Below are positions 27,261-37,056 of a stretch of 56,439 bases of DNA, piece after piece. The notes under the pieces were generated by a model. The model had not been told where the DNA came from. It ran no database searches and was given only the letters and a program-made list of their open reading frames with translations. The position numbers and the translations under genes are program-made. Each line of letters opens with the position of its first letter. Within the stretch, counting starts at the first letter, position 1. The stretch comes from an uncultured Ruminococcus sp. (GTDB lineage: Bacteria > Bacillota > Clostridia > Oscillospirales > Acutalibacteraceae): assembly GCA_902761025.1 (NCBI GenBank), contig CACWIU010000002.1, positions 9,517-65,955 of the forward strand, in the 5' to 3' direction.

Positions 27261-28919
27261 TTATTTGGATTTAAGCATTTCTTCCGCATGCTGCAATGAA
27301 AGTTCGGACGGATTATTTCCGTCAATAATTCTTGAAAGTTCGTATTTTCTTTCTTCAAAATCAAGCTTTCTTACTTTTGTATATGTTCTGCCCTCTTCGA
27401 CATTTTTGTTTATAAACAAGTGAACGTCAGCCAAAGCGGCAATTTGAGCCTGATGAGTAATGCACAATACCTGATGACTTCCGGAAAGCTGCTGTAATTT
27501 CCTGCCTACTTTTGAGGCTGCCGAACCGCTTATGCCCGTGTCGATTTCATCGAAAATCAAAGTGGCTATTTCGTCTTTTTCTGCGATAATAGTCTTTATT
27601 GCAAGCATGATACGCGAAAGCTCGCCGCCCGACGCAATTTTTGACAATGACTTTGGTTCTTCTCCGGGATTTGCGGAAATTAAAAGCTCCAGTCTGTCGC
27701 AGCCGTTTTCCGTAAAGTCTGTCGCTGTAATATCGGGAATCATTACAACGTTTGGCATATCAAGATAACGCATTTCTTCCATAACAGCCTTAGAGAAATC
27801 ATTTGCCGCCTGTGTTCTTTCACGAGTAAGCTTTTCGGCTATTTCGGTTAATTCTGCTTTGGCTTTTTTGAACTCCGACTCCAAGCGTTCTTTGTTAATG
27901 TCGAACTGTAAAAGTTCTTCAAGCTCTTGATTTGCTTTTTCGCAAAAGTCTAAAATTTCTTCTATTGTATCTCCGTATTTTCTTGACAAAGAACGAATCA
28001 AGTCATATCTTTCTTCAACTTCTTCGATTTCACGAGGGTCAATGTCTACTTCGTCAAGAAAATCACGTATTTCATAATGACAGTCGTTTAATTCTTCATA
28101 CGCAGACTGCAACCTTTGAGCAATATCGCTCAAAGCCGGATACAGCTTCGCAATATCCGAAAGAGTGTCGCAAGCACTGTCAACAATGGATACTGCTCCC
28201 TCTTCCTCATCGCCGGCGAGCAGCGAATAAACAAGAGCAATTCCCGTCTTTATTTTTTCGCTGTTGTTCAGTAAAATTCGTCTTTCTTCCAACTCTTCAA
28301 TTTCTCCGGGCTGAAGCTCCGCCTCAGTTATTTCTTCAACCTGATATTGAAGCAAATCTATTTTTCTCTCTCGCTCCTGAATGTTGTCTTCCATACACGA
28401 AAGCTTACGCTTTAAATCTGAATATAATTCAAATTTTCTTTTGTATTGTTCAAGCAAATCGCCGTAATTTCCGAGGGCGTCAATATACTTTATATGACTG
28501 TCTGCCGTCATAAAGTCGTAGCCCTCATGCTGACCGTAAATATTAATCAAATACGAGCTTACTTTTTTCAGTATTGAAAGAGGAGCGGGACGACCGTTTA
28601 TTTTGCAGGAATTTTTTCCTGAAACTGTCATTTGCCGCTGCAATATAAAAATCCCGTCTTCGTCATCGTAGCCGCATTCTCGAAGAACATCGCAGACAGC
28701 GTCCGATACGTTGGAGAATGTTGCAATTATCAAAGCAGAGGACGCTCCCGAACGAATTAAATCTCTTGACATTCTCTGCCCCATAATAGCGTTAATTGAG
28801 TCAATTATTATTGATTTTCCGGCTCCCGTTTCACCTGTCAGGATATTAAAAGCCTCGTCAAAATCAATGCTGATTTTTTCAATTACAGCTACGTTTTCAA
28901 TATATATATTAGATAGCAT
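27261..28919 (-). CDS. recN: DNA repair protein RecN
   Basis: Walker A GETGAGKS, a long coiled-coil middle, and C-terminal ASGGELSRIMLAIK / LIFDEIDTGISG. Confidence 0.95.
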   Translation of the reverse strand: MLSNIYIENVAVIEKISIDFDEAFNILTGETGAGKSIIIDSINAIMGQRMSRDLIRSGASSALIIATFSNVSDAVCDVLRECGYDDEDGIFILQRQMTVSGKNSCKINGRPAPLSILKKVSSYLINIYGQHEGYDFMTADSHIKYIDALGNYGDLLEQYKRKFELYSDLKRKLSCMEDNIQERERKIDLLQYQVEEITEAELQPGEIEELEERRILLNNSEKIKTGIALVYSLLAGDEEEGAVSIVDSACDTLSDIAKLYPALSDIAQRLQSAYEELNDCHYEIRDFLDEVDIDPREIEEVEERYDLIRSLSRKYGDTIEEILDFCEKANQELEELLQFDINKERLESEFKKAKAELTEIAEKLTRERTQAANDFSKAVMEEMRYLDMPNVVMIPDITATDFTENGCDRLELLISANPGEEPKSLSKIASGGELSRIMLAIKTIIAEKDEIATLIFDEIDTGISGSAASKVGRKLQQLSGSHQVLCITHQAQIAALADVHLFINKNVEEGRTYTKVRKLDFEERKYELSRIIDGNNPSELSLQHAEEMLKSK

Positions 28920-29390
28920 TTAATCACCTTTATTGTTTTCATAAATTGAAATGACCCTCAGTTCAGAGGTAATTTCGGCTGCTTTTTCGGCTGTCTTTGC
29001 AGCCAAAAAAATGGTGTCGTCACCGGCAATAGTTCCCAACACTCCGCTTATGGCGGCGGCGTCAATCGCAGTGCATACAGCCTGAGCCATGCCTGCAACT
29101 GTTTTGACAACAACCAAATTTTCTGCATAATCCACAGATATAACGGAAGTCGAAAACAAAGATTCTATATTAGATTTAGCGTCAATATGACGGCTCGAAC
29201 CCAAGGCATAACAGTATTTACCGTTGTTCAGCAAAACCTTTACAAGCTGAAGTTCCTTGATATCTCTTGAAACTGTAGCCTGCGTAACGTTATATCCGCA
29301 TTTTTGCAGTTCCGCCAAAAGTTCTTCCTGCGTACTTATTTCCCGATTGCGAATTAATTCAATAATTTTCGAATGTCTGCCTTTCTTCAA
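28920..29390 (-). CDS. argR: arginine repressor
   Basis: N-terminal winged helix (RHSKIIELIRNREISTQEELLAEL...TQATVSRDIKEL) and C-terminal GTIAGDDTIF. Confidence 0.9.
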   Translation of the reverse strand: MKKGRHSKIIELIRNREISTQEELLAELQKCGYNVTQATVSRDIKELQLVKVLLNNGKYCYALGSSRHIDAKSNIESLFSTSVISVDYAENLVVVKTVAGMAQAVCTAIDAAAISGVLGTIAGDDTIFLAAKTAEKAAEITSELRVISIYENNKGD

Positions 29391-29392
29391 AA

Positions 29393-30256
29393 TCAGTTTC
29401 TCCTTTCGTTAAGTTTTTCGTTAAGTATTCTATAAAAATTTTTATTATTCAGCTTTATAAAATCGGCGGTAAGATTTGATTTTCTTACAACCACGCTGTC
29501 TTGGCTCTCGATTTTTATTGTATTCATGCCATCAATGGTAACAAAGATTTCTTCGTTGCATCTCTCGTTAGGTAAAATTTTGACTTCCGATTCGTCCGAA
29601 AACAGAACCGAGCGTGCAAAAAGCGAATGAGGACAGATAGGCGTTAAAAGGATACATTTCATATGCGGTTCTATAACGGGACCTCCGGCTGACAAAGCGT
29701 AAGCTGTCGAGCCTGTGGGAGTTGATAATATTAAACCGTCCGCACGGTAAGACGTAATAAATTCTTCATTTAACTTAACGTCAAGTTCAACCATTCTTGA
29801 CACCGAGCCTTTTGACACAGTCACGTCATTCAAAGCATAGAAGACTTCTGTTTTTTCGTTATGAATTACAATTACTTCAAGCAGCATTCTGTCATCAACG
29901 GTATAACTTTTATCAAAAAGCTTTGACAAAAGAGAAAGTTCGGTAGGCTCAAGGTTCGCAACAAATCCCACTCTCCCACAGTTTACCCCAAGTATAGGTT
30001 TGCTAAAAACAGCCGCATGCTTTGCTATATGAATAATTGTTCCGTCGCCGCCAATCGCAATAACCAAATCTGCATTTTTAATAGTTTCCAAGTGATTATG
30101 AAAATACTCAGTCTTACTATTGACAATCGCGTCCGAAAATTTTTCGGGTACAGTAAAACTGCAGTCAAAATTCAGCAGATATTCAATTATTCGATTTGCA
30201 TGCACAATAGTTTCGTTTTTTAACGAATTTGGTATAATAGCAATTTTTCTTAACAC
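29393..30256 (-). CDS. nadK: NAD+ kinase
   Basis: GGDGTIIH motif, NDVTVSKG, STPTGSTAYALSAGGP. Confidence 0.92.
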   Translation of the reverse strand: MLRKIAIIPNSLKNETIVHANRIIEYLLNFDCSFTVPEKFSDAIVNSKTEYFHNHLETIKNADLVIAIGGDGTIIHIAKHAAVFSKPILGVNCGRVGFVANLEPTELSLLSKLFDKSYTVDDRMLLEVIVIHNEKTEVFYALNDVTVSKGSVSRMVELDVKLNEEFITSYRADGLILSTPTGSTAYALSAGGPVIEPHMKCILLTPICPHSLFARSVLFSDESEVKILPNERCNEEIFVTIDGMNTIKIESQDSVVVRKSNLTADFIKLNNKNFYRILNEKLNERRN

Positions 30257-30310
30257 TTGAAATTACTTTCCTTTTTTAATATTAATATATTTTTAAGAAC
30301 TTCGCTTTGA

Positions 30311-31120
30311 TTACTTATCCAAATCTTCATGAGAAAGGCGAACAATACTTTCAGCGTCGGTATCAATTAAAATATCCGCTTCATCACTTTTTTTCAAATA
30401 AATTAAATACTCTATATTTCCCTCGGGACCTTTTACCGGAGAGTAGTCAAGACCTATTACAGAAAATCCGTTTTGCTCTGCAAAGTCAATAATTCCGTTA
30501 ATAACCTGAGTATGAATTGAAGAATCACGAACTACGCCGTTTTTGCCTACGTTTTCCCTGCCCGCCTCAAACTGCGGCTTGATAAGACAGACAGCTGTTC
30601 CGTTTTTTTTCAAAAAATTTCTTGCAACAGGCAAAATAAGCTTTAGAGAAATAAATGATACGTCTACGCTGAAAAAGTCTATGGGTTCGGTTATCTGTTC
30701 TTCGGTTACGTAACGAAAATTAGTTCGTTCAAGGTTTACAACACGTTCGTCATTACGAAGTTTATATGCAAGCTGTCCGTAGCCTACGTCTATGGCAAAG
30801 ACTTTTTTCGCTCCGTTTTGCAGCATACAATCTGTAAATCCACCGTGAGAAGCTCCTATATCCATTGTTGTTTTGCCGTTTAAATCAAGACCGAAAACTT
30901 GAATTGCCTTTTCAAGTTTCAATCCTCCTCGGCTGACGTATTTTAATGTTTTTCCTCTTACTTCTATTATACTGCTTTCGGGATAGCAAGTGCCGGGTTT
31001 ATCCGATTTTTGATTGTCAACATAGACAATGCCCGACATTATAATAGCTTTTGCCTTTTCACGGCTTTCAGCTAATCCCTTTTCAAAAAGCAGAACGTCT
31101 AATCTTTTTTTTGCGGACAA
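30311..31120 (-). CDS. tlyA: TlyA-family rRNA 2'-O-methyltransferase (S4 + FtsJ-like)
   Basis: KRLDVLLFEKGLAESREKAKAIIMSG (S4) and DIGASHGGFTDCMLQNGAKKVFAIDVG (SAM-binding). Confidence 0.9.
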   Translation of the reverse strand: MSAKKRLDVLLFEKGLAESREKAKAIIMSGIVYVDNQKSDKPGTCYPESSIIEVRGKTLKYVSRGGLKLEKAIQVFGLDLNGKTTMDIGASHGGFTDCMLQNGAKKVFAIDVGYGQLAYKLRNDERVVNLERTNFRYVTEEQITEPIDFFSVDVSFISLKLILPVARNFLKKNGTAVCLIKPQFEAGRENVGKNGVVRDSSIHTQVINGIIDFAEQNGFSVIGLDYSPVKGPEGNIEYLIYLKKSDEADILIDTDAESIVRLSHEDLDK

Positions 31121-31133
31121 AATACCACCCTCG

Positions 31134-32990
31134 TCAATTCCATGTTATTTTATTAACAATACCCATACAGTCTAAATTAAGCTCGGCAAGAGCCTCGTCT
31201 ACAGTTGACTGAGGTACAAATTTATCTTTAATTGCAGTAAGTTCAAAGTTTCCTTTGTATTCCTGATTTTTTAACATATAGTAAAATAATTCTCCAACTC
31301 CGCCTATTTCCATGCCCTCTTCAAAAAAATAAATTTTGTCAAATTCGGCGGCAAGTTCTACCGCCGCTTCCGGAAGCGGACGTATTCGGTTAAGCTTAAT
31401 AATCGTTATATTAAAGCCCTTTTCTTTTAGTATTTCTTTTGCCTGAGCCGCATTTGCAAAAATTCTGCCGTAAGTAACGACAGCGGCATCTTTCCCCTCT
31501 CCAAATACAGAATATACGTCGCTGCCTTGATAACCTTTCGGGCGGTAAGGCTGACTGCCTCGGGGATAACGCACCGCAACAATATTTTTATCCTTATAAA
31601 TCGCATTATTTAAAGACATACTTAGTTCGTCAAAATAACACGGCGAATAAATAGTAGTGTTTGGTATATTATTCATCATTGCAACATCAAACACTCCCTG
31701 ATGAGTTTCTCCGTCATCTCCGACTATTCCGGCACGGTCAACGGCAAGCACTATATGCAGCTTTTGAGTTGCCGCATCATGAACTATTTGGTCATACGCT
31801 CTTTGCAAAAACGTTGAATATACCGCAAACACAGGTATCATGTCTTCCGTTGCCAATCCAGCCGCAAATGTTACCGCATGCTCTTCCGCTATGCCGACGT
31901 CAAAAAAGCGTTCCTTATAATTATGAGAAAATTTCGATAACCCCGTTCCTAATTTCATAGCGGCGGTAATAGCGCAGATTCTCTTGTCTTTCGATGCCAT
32001 TCGGCACATTATCTCGCCAAATCGAGCGGAAAAACCCTTTTTGTTATTAAGCGGCTCACCCGTATCAATTTCAAATTTTCCAACGCCATGATAACCCCTC
32101 GGGTCTTCTTCGGCAAATTGATAACCTTTGCCCTTTGTTGTCAAGACATGAATAAACACACCTCTGTTTACGCTTTTTGCAGCGTTAAGAGCGTGAATAA
32201 GCTTACGCAAGTCATGCCCGTCAACAGGTCCGTAATAGACAAAACCTAAATCTTCAAAAATCGTATTTCTGTATACGGATACTCTCAGCTTTGATTTTGA
32301 ATTAAGCATTAATATTCTTATCGGATTTCCTATTACAGGTATATGAAGCAATATTTTTTCCACAAATTTTTTAGTTCTTATATAGCCGGGACGTATTCTG
32401 ATATGGGTCAAATATTTTGCTATCGAACCGACATTATGAGAAATTGACATTTCATTATCGTTCAAAATAACGGTAAAATTCTTTCCCGAACGCCCTGCGT
32501 TATTCAGTCCCTCATACGCAAGTCCGCCTGTTAAAGCTCCGTCGCCGATAACGGCAATAGTCCGCCCTTTTTCGCCTTTAATGGCTCTTGCCCTTGCTAT
32601 TCCGTAGGCGGCAGAAATTGAAGTGCTGCTGTGACCGACATTAAAAGCATCGTAAGGGCTTTCGCTCCTTTTCGGGAATCCAGAAATACCGTCTTTGCAG
32701 CGAATTGTGTCAAGCTTATCTCTTCTTCCGGTTAGGATTTTATGAGTATAAGCCTGATGACCTACGTCCCAGACAATCTTGTCATTCGGGGTATCGTACA
32801 CATAGTGCATTGCAACCGTCAATTCAACTGTTCCCAAGTTCGGGGACAAGTGACCTCCGGTCTGCGACACTGTTTTTATTAATTTATCTCTAATCTCGGA
32901 ACAAAGAATCTCCAATTCATCAATGGACAGCTTTTTTAAATCGGCAGGTGAATTGATCTTGTCAAGATATTCATAAGAAGTATTATTCAA
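31134..32990 (-). CDS. dxs: 1-deoxy-D-xylulose-5-phosphate synthase
   Basis: GGHLSPNLGTVELTVAMH, GHSSTSISAA, GDGALTGGLAYE. TTG start with AAGGA 9 nt upstream. Confidence 0.95.
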   Translation of the reverse strand: MNNTSYEYLDKINSPADLKKLSIDELEILCSEIRDKLIKTVSQTGGHLSPNLGTVELTVAMHYVYDTPNDKIVWDVGHQAYTHKILTGRRDKLDTIRCKDGISGFPKRSESPYDAFNVGHSSTSISAAYGIARARAIKGEKGRTIAVIGDGALTGGLAYEGLNNAGRSGKNFTVILNDNEMSISHNVGSIAKYLTHIRIRPGYIRTKKFVEKILLHIPVIGNPIRILMLNSKSKLRVSVYRNTIFEDLGFVYYGPVDGHDLRKLIHALNAAKSVNRGVFIHVLTTKGKGYQFAEEDPRGYHGVGKFEIDTGEPLNNKKGFSARFGEIMCRMASKDKRICAITAAMKLGTGLSKFSHNYKERFFDVGIAEEHAVTFAAGLATEDMIPVFAVYSTFLQRAYDQIVHDAATQKLHIVLAVDRAGIVGDDGETHQGVFDVAMMNNIPNTTIYSPCYFDELSMSLNNAIYKDKNIVAVRYPRGSQPYRPKGYQGSDVYSVFGEGKDAAVVTYGRIFANAAQAKEILKEKGFNITIIKLNRIRPLPEAAVELAAEFDKIYFFEEGMEIGGVGELFYYMLKNQEYKGNFELTAIKDKFVPQSTVDEALAELNLDCMGIVNKITWN

Positions 32991-33028
32991 GATTTTTCAT
33001 TCCTTTGTGTAATAATGAGCAACGCTTT

Positions 33029-33080
33029 GCAGATTCCAAAGACGCTGTCTTTGGAATCTGCAAGCCTTTGAAAAGGCTTG
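33029..33080 (-). other. two adjacent perfect hairpins between ispA and dxs
   Basis: 15-bp arms GCAGATTCCAAAGAC (33029-33043) / GTCTTTGGAATCTGC (33047-33061) with a 3-nt loop. Next comes CAAGCCTTT (33061-69) / AAAGGCTTG (33072-80). No U-tract follows either hairpin. Confidence 0.6.
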
Positions 33081-33098
33081 AGCGAAACTTTAATAAGT

Positions 33099-33971
33099 TT
33101 AGTATAATCTCTTAGATAATTGCTCGGCAAGAGTCCGCAAAAAACAACTGTTACTTTCGAATATATCCAATGTATTAATTGCTTCATTCGTAAGCTTGTC
33201 AACAGTTTGTCGAGATTCGTCTATCCCCAAAAGCGTTACATAGTTGACTTTTTTATTTTCCGCATCGCTTCCGACAGGTTTTCCAAGAGTTTTTGTGTCG
33301 GAAACAATATCCAAAATATCGTCAACAATTTGAAACGCAAGACCGATTTTTTCGGCGTATACCTCGGCAGCCTTTAATTTTTCTTCGTCTGCTCCGGCAA
33401 GAACACAACCCATTAAACACGGAGCTTTAATAAGCATGCCCGTTTTTTTGGAATACATTTCTTTAATTGTTTCAAGCGTTGGATTTTTACCCTCTGTTTC
33501 AAGGTCAATTACCTGACCTCCGACCATGCCCGTTGCTCCTAAGGCTTTTGCTAAAATTCCGGCTGCTTTCGCGCCCTTAACGCCAAAACTCTCAATCGCC
33601 GAATCACTCAGCATTACTTCATACGCAAGCGATTGAAGCGCATCGCCTGCCAATAATGCGATATCTTCGCCAAACACAATATGATTTGACGGCTTTCCTC
33701 TTCTCAAGTCGTCATTATCCATGCACGGCAAGTCATCATGTATTAACGAATAAGCATGAATCATTTCAACTGCGCAGGCATACGGCAACGCAGCATTTAT
33801 ATCTCCTCCGCATAAATCACAAAAAGCCAACAGCAATGTTGGTCTAAGCCGCTTGCCGGGCAGCAGCAAGCTGTACCTAAGAGATTTTATTACGCTCTGT
33901 TCGGAGCATTCAATCGCTGGCAATAACTGCGGCAAATAATCCTCTATCATAGAAAGATACTTATTTTCCAT
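33099..33971 (-). CDS. ispA: (2E,6E)-farnesyl diphosphate synthase / polyprenyl synthetase
   Basis: FARM LIHDDLPCMDNDDLRRG and SARM FQIVDDILD. Confidence 0.9.
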   Translation of the reverse strand: MENKYLSMIEDYLPQLLPAIECSEQSVIKSLRYSLLLPGKRLRPTLLLAFCDLCGGDINAALPYACAVEMIHAYSLIHDDLPCMDNDDLRRGKPSNHIVFGEDIALLAGDALQSLAYEVMLSDSAIESFGVKGAKAAGILAKALGATGMVGGQVIDLETEGKNPTLETIKEMYSKKTGMLIKAPCLMGCVLAGADEEKLKAAEVYAEKIGLAFQIVDDILDIVSDTKTLGKPVGSDAENKKVNYVTLLGIDESRQTVDKLTNEAINTLDIFESNSCFLRTLAEQLSKRLY

Positions 33972-33973
33972 TG

Positions 33974-34180
33974 TTACTCCTCCGAAACACTTGCGTTCAA
34001 TTCGGTAAACTTTAACTGTGCCTTTTGTAATTTATCAAAACAAAATGCAATTAATTTTGCGCTTTCTTCGTAAAGTTCCAAAGACTTATCCAGCGTTACA
34101 TTATTTCCCCTCAAAATTTCGGAAATTTCTTCAAGTCGTTTTTTAGCCTCTTCATAAGATTTATATTCAATATCTTTCAT
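33974..34180 (-). CDS. xseB: exodeoxyribonuclease VII small subunit
   Basis: 68-aa helical protein (YEEAKKRLEEISEIL...LEESLELYEE-type pattern), immediately downstream of xseA. Confidence 0.88.
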   Translation of the reverse strand: MKDIEYKSYEEAKKRLEEISEILRGNNVTLDKSLELYEESAKLIAFCFDKLQKAQLKFTELNASVSEE

Positions 34181-34184
34181 TTTT

Positions 34185-35390
34185 TTATACTCTCCTTATA
34201 TCTTCAACACGACAACGCATTGTTCCGTCCGTAACTCTTACGGAAATACTATCTCCAATTTCAACATCGTCAACAGTATTTATAATTCGGTCATTCATTG
34301 AAGAAACAGAATAACCATTTTGCAGTAAACTGATTGGATTAAGAGCATTAATCTTTTCAGCCAATAATTTAATTTCCGTTTGACTTGTCTGCAAACGATT
34401 TTTCATCAAAAAATCTATACTGCTTTTAACCGAAGCAACATAAAGCCTTTCTTTTTCAAGATAAGAACTCGAACATAAATTAGGCAATAAATCCGATATT
34501 TGGTCAATGTCATTTTTTTCCTGCGATATTTTTCGAGCGACACTGTTCTGTATCTCCTCAAACACTTCGTCCAGTCTTAACATTAATTCGTTTCTGTCGG
34601 GTACTGCACATTCGGCGGCGGCAGACGGTGTCGGAGCTCTTAAATCCGCTGCCATATCGCAAATCGTATAGTCTGTTTCATGCCCAACGGCTGATATTAC
34701 GGGAACTTTAGAATAATATATTGCCTTAACTAATTGTTCGCTGTTAAAGCAGCTCAAATCTTCAAATGAACCGCCGCCCCTGCCAATAATAATTACGTCA
34801 ATATTTTCAATATTATTGAGAGTTTTTATTCCGTTCACAAGCTGAGGCACTGCCTGCTCGCCTTGAACCAACGACGGATAAAGAACTATTTCCGCAAGCG
34901 GAAAGCGTCTTGACACAACATTTTTTATATCCTGAATAACCGCTCCGGTACGTGACGTCACTACTCCTATTTTTTTAGGGAAAGTGGGAATTGACTGCTT
35001 ATGACTTTCATCAAAAAAACCCTCTTCCGAAAGTCGTTTTTTCAGCTGTTCCAACGCCACAGTCATTGCACCTATGCCGTCAGGCTGCATACTGTTTACA
35101 TACAGCTGATATGTTCCTCGAAGAGGATATGAAGAAACTCTGCCGCTTACAATGACTTTCATTCCGTTTGAGGGCTTAAATTTCAGCCGTGACGCCGCAG
35201 AAGAAAACATCACCGCACTTATAGAAGCATTTTCATCTTTAAGAGAAAAATATAAATGTCCCGAACTGTAAGCTCCCTTAAAATCCGAAATTTCCCCCAC
35301 AACAAATATATTCTTTAAATTATTGTCACCTTCGAGAAGTGTTTTTATGTAAGTATTAACTTGAGATACCGTCAACGGCGAACCGCTCAT
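34185..35390 (-). CDS. xseA: exodeoxyribonuclease VII large subunit
   Basis: OB-fold N-terminus (VSQVNTYIKTLLE...VVGEISDFK), IGVVTSRTGAVIQDI, RGGGSFEDL, GHETDYTI. Confidence 0.93.
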   Translation of the reverse strand: MSGSPLTVSQVNTYIKTLLEGDNNLKNIFVVGEISDFKGAYSSGHLYFSLKDENASISAVMFSSAASRLKFKPSNGMKVIVSGRVSSYPLRGTYQLYVNSMQPDGIGAMTVALEQLKKRLSEEGFFDESHKQSIPTFPKKIGVVTSRTGAVIQDIKNVVSRRFPLAEIVLYPSLVQGEQAVPQLVNGIKTLNNIENIDVIIIGRGGGSFEDLSCFNSEQLVKAIYYSKVPVISAVGHETDYTICDMAADLRAPTPSAAAECAVPDRNELMLRLDEVFEEIQNSVARKISQEKNDIDQISDLLPNLCSSSYLEKERLYVASVKSSIDFLMKNRLQTSQTEIKLLAEKINALNPISLLQNGYSVSSMNDRIINTVDDVEIGDSISVRVTDGTMRCRVEDIRRV

Positions 35391-36355
35391 AATTTTTTCT
35401 CCTCTTCATAACGTAATCCGCATAATACGGCTGTTCCGCAGGCATTGTCGGCAGAATATGCAGGTTCTGCAAAATAACAGTCAAACTTTTTTTTCAACGA
35501 TTTTTTTATAATGGAATTTGACATCACGCCGCCGGCAAACAGAACGGGCATTTTTCCGTATTTTTGTAAAATATTGCCGCACATTTCTTCAAGCGTTTTT
35601 TCCACAAAAGTAATACAAGTCAACGCTGTTTCTGAATTGTCAGCATTATTTTGAATCATTTTTTCGCAAATATTCTGTATTCCCGACAAACAGCAGTCTG
35701 TATTTTTAACGCAAGTTTTCACTTTAACTTTTTTGTCGCACTGCAAAGCAAGTTTTTCAAGTTCCTGACCGCAAGGAAAAGAAAATCCCATGCTTACGCC
35801 TACCCTGTCAATGGCTTGACCGGCGTGCAAATCAAGTGTCTTTCCGACTATTTCGGCTGTAAAAACTTTTTGCCTGTCGGGCTTCACAAGTAAGGCTTCT
35901 GTCGTTCCGCCCGAAACGTGAAAAGCGATAAACTCTTGTTTATACAAAAAATCAGTTTTTGACGAATAAATCGCCGCCGCTATATGCCCCGTTTGATGTG
36001 AAAACTCGTAAACAGGAACGTTTAACACCGTTCCTATAATTTTGGCTGCGTTAATGCCTACTGTAAAACAAGGCATATACGAACCCTCTATTGAGCGTGG
36101 TCTTGACGATACGCCGACAGCGGCAATCATCGGTCTTTCTTCGGGCGAAAATTCGTTAAAAAGCGATTCTATTAACTCGTGCAGCTGTTGAGTATGATGA
36201 AACACAGCGTCGCTTTGCCGCAAACCGCATTGTCCTTGTCCTACGGGAAGAAGTTTTTTCCTTTGAAGAACAGTTTTGTCATTAAGACAGTACAAAGCGG
36301 CAGACGTAGTATAATTGCTTGTGTCTATACCCAATACATATTGAATATTACTCAT
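35387..36355 (-). CDS. divergent TsaD/Kae1/TsaB-superfamily (glycoprotease/ASKHA) protein
   Basis: TsaB-like N-terminus LGIDTSNYTTSAAL, an HxxGH-type motif SHQTGHIAAA, and FHVSGGTTE. Overlaps both xseA and nusB by 4 nt. Confidence 0.55.
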   Translation of the reverse strand: MSNIQYVLGIDTSNYTTSAALYCLNDKTVLQRKKLLPVGQGQCGLRQSDAVFHHTQQLHELIESLFNEFSPEERPMIAAVGVSSRPRSIEGSYMPCFTVGINAAKIIGTVLNVPVYEFSHQTGHIAAAIYSSKTDFLYKQEFIAFHVSGGTTEALLVKPDRQKVFTAEIVGKTLDLHAGQAIDRVGVSMGFSFPCGQELEKLALQCDKKVKVKTCVKNTDCCLSGIQNICEKMIQNNADNSETALTCITFVEKTLEEMCGNILQKYGKMPVLFAGGVMSNSIIKKSLKKKFDCYFAEPAYSADNACGTAVLCGLRYEEEKKL

Positions 36356-36810
36356 GATTTATTCTTATTCCTTACGATTGACCCAAGAACACCGTTTATA
36401 AAAGAGGCGTCTTTTGGAGTTGTGTATTTTTTTGCAATTTCAACAGCTTCGTTAATAACTATCTCCCCGGCTATTTTCGAGGAGTTCATTTCTGAAATTG
36501 CAAGTCTTAGTATGCTCAGAGCTGCTCTTGACAAACGCTCAATAGTCCAGCCGTTTTTCAGATTGGAAGAAATTAAAGAGTCTATTTTTTCTTTATTTTG
36601 AGAATAGTAATCCAATATGCTCAACATATATTCGTCTGCAACGATTGTTCTTGATTCGACCGCATTGTCTAAAATATCCTGATAGCTGTCATCAGTAAAT
36701 GTCATTTCAAAAAGCACGATAAAACACTGTTCCCTGATTTCTCGTCTTTTTTGTTTGTATTCATTTTTTTCGGCTTCCGTATAATGATTTTTCGAATTAT
36801 TATTATTCAT
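36352..36810 (-). CDS. nusB: transcription antitermination factor NusB
   Basis: REQCFIVLFEMTF..., LSILRLAISEM, INEAVEIAKKY, FINGVLGSI. Confidence 0.9.
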   Translation of the reverse strand: MNNNNSKNHYTEAEKNEYKQKRREIREQCFIVLFEMTFTDDSYQDILDNAVESRTIVADEYMLSILDYYSQNKEKIDSLISSNLKNGWTIERLSRAALSILRLAISEMNSSKIAGEIVINEAVEIAKKYTTPKDASFINGVLGSIVRNKNKS

Positions 36811-36999
36811 ATGTTCTCCTTTTAATATTGGTTGTTAATTGACTGATTAATAATACTGTTTTTAAATTAAAAAAAGGATATGACACACCATTTTATCCTA
36901 TTATATCACAACAAAATAAATAAAACAATAGTCCTTTATATATTGAAAATACAGTTTTTTACTAACAGACAAAAATTTCCTCAAAAACTAAAACCAAAA

Positions 37000-37030
37000 G
37001 CTCCCCGGCTTTCGACCGAGGAGTTTTTTA
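37000..37030 (-). terminator. terminator downstream of htpG
   Basis: Stem CTCCCCGG (37001-08) / CCGAGGAG (37016-23) with one mismatch. T-rich flanks on both strands. Confidence 0.5.
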
Positions 37031-37056
37031 TTATATTTATTATATTTTAAAATATT

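Noticed and set aside
32987-33202. Track ORF of 71 aa spanning the ispA-dxs spacer.
   Set aside because: It is generated by reading through the two palindromes and the ispA 3' end. It has no SD. The palindromic DNA is the real feature.
36875-36899. Hairpin AGGATA-N13-TATCCT plus a T7 run between htpG and nusB, next to an extended -10-like TGATATAAT.
   Set aside because: The stem is 6 bp and AT-rich. The putative -10 would place the TSS inside the stem. I cannot tell whether it is a back-up htpG terminator or nothing, so I left it uncalled.
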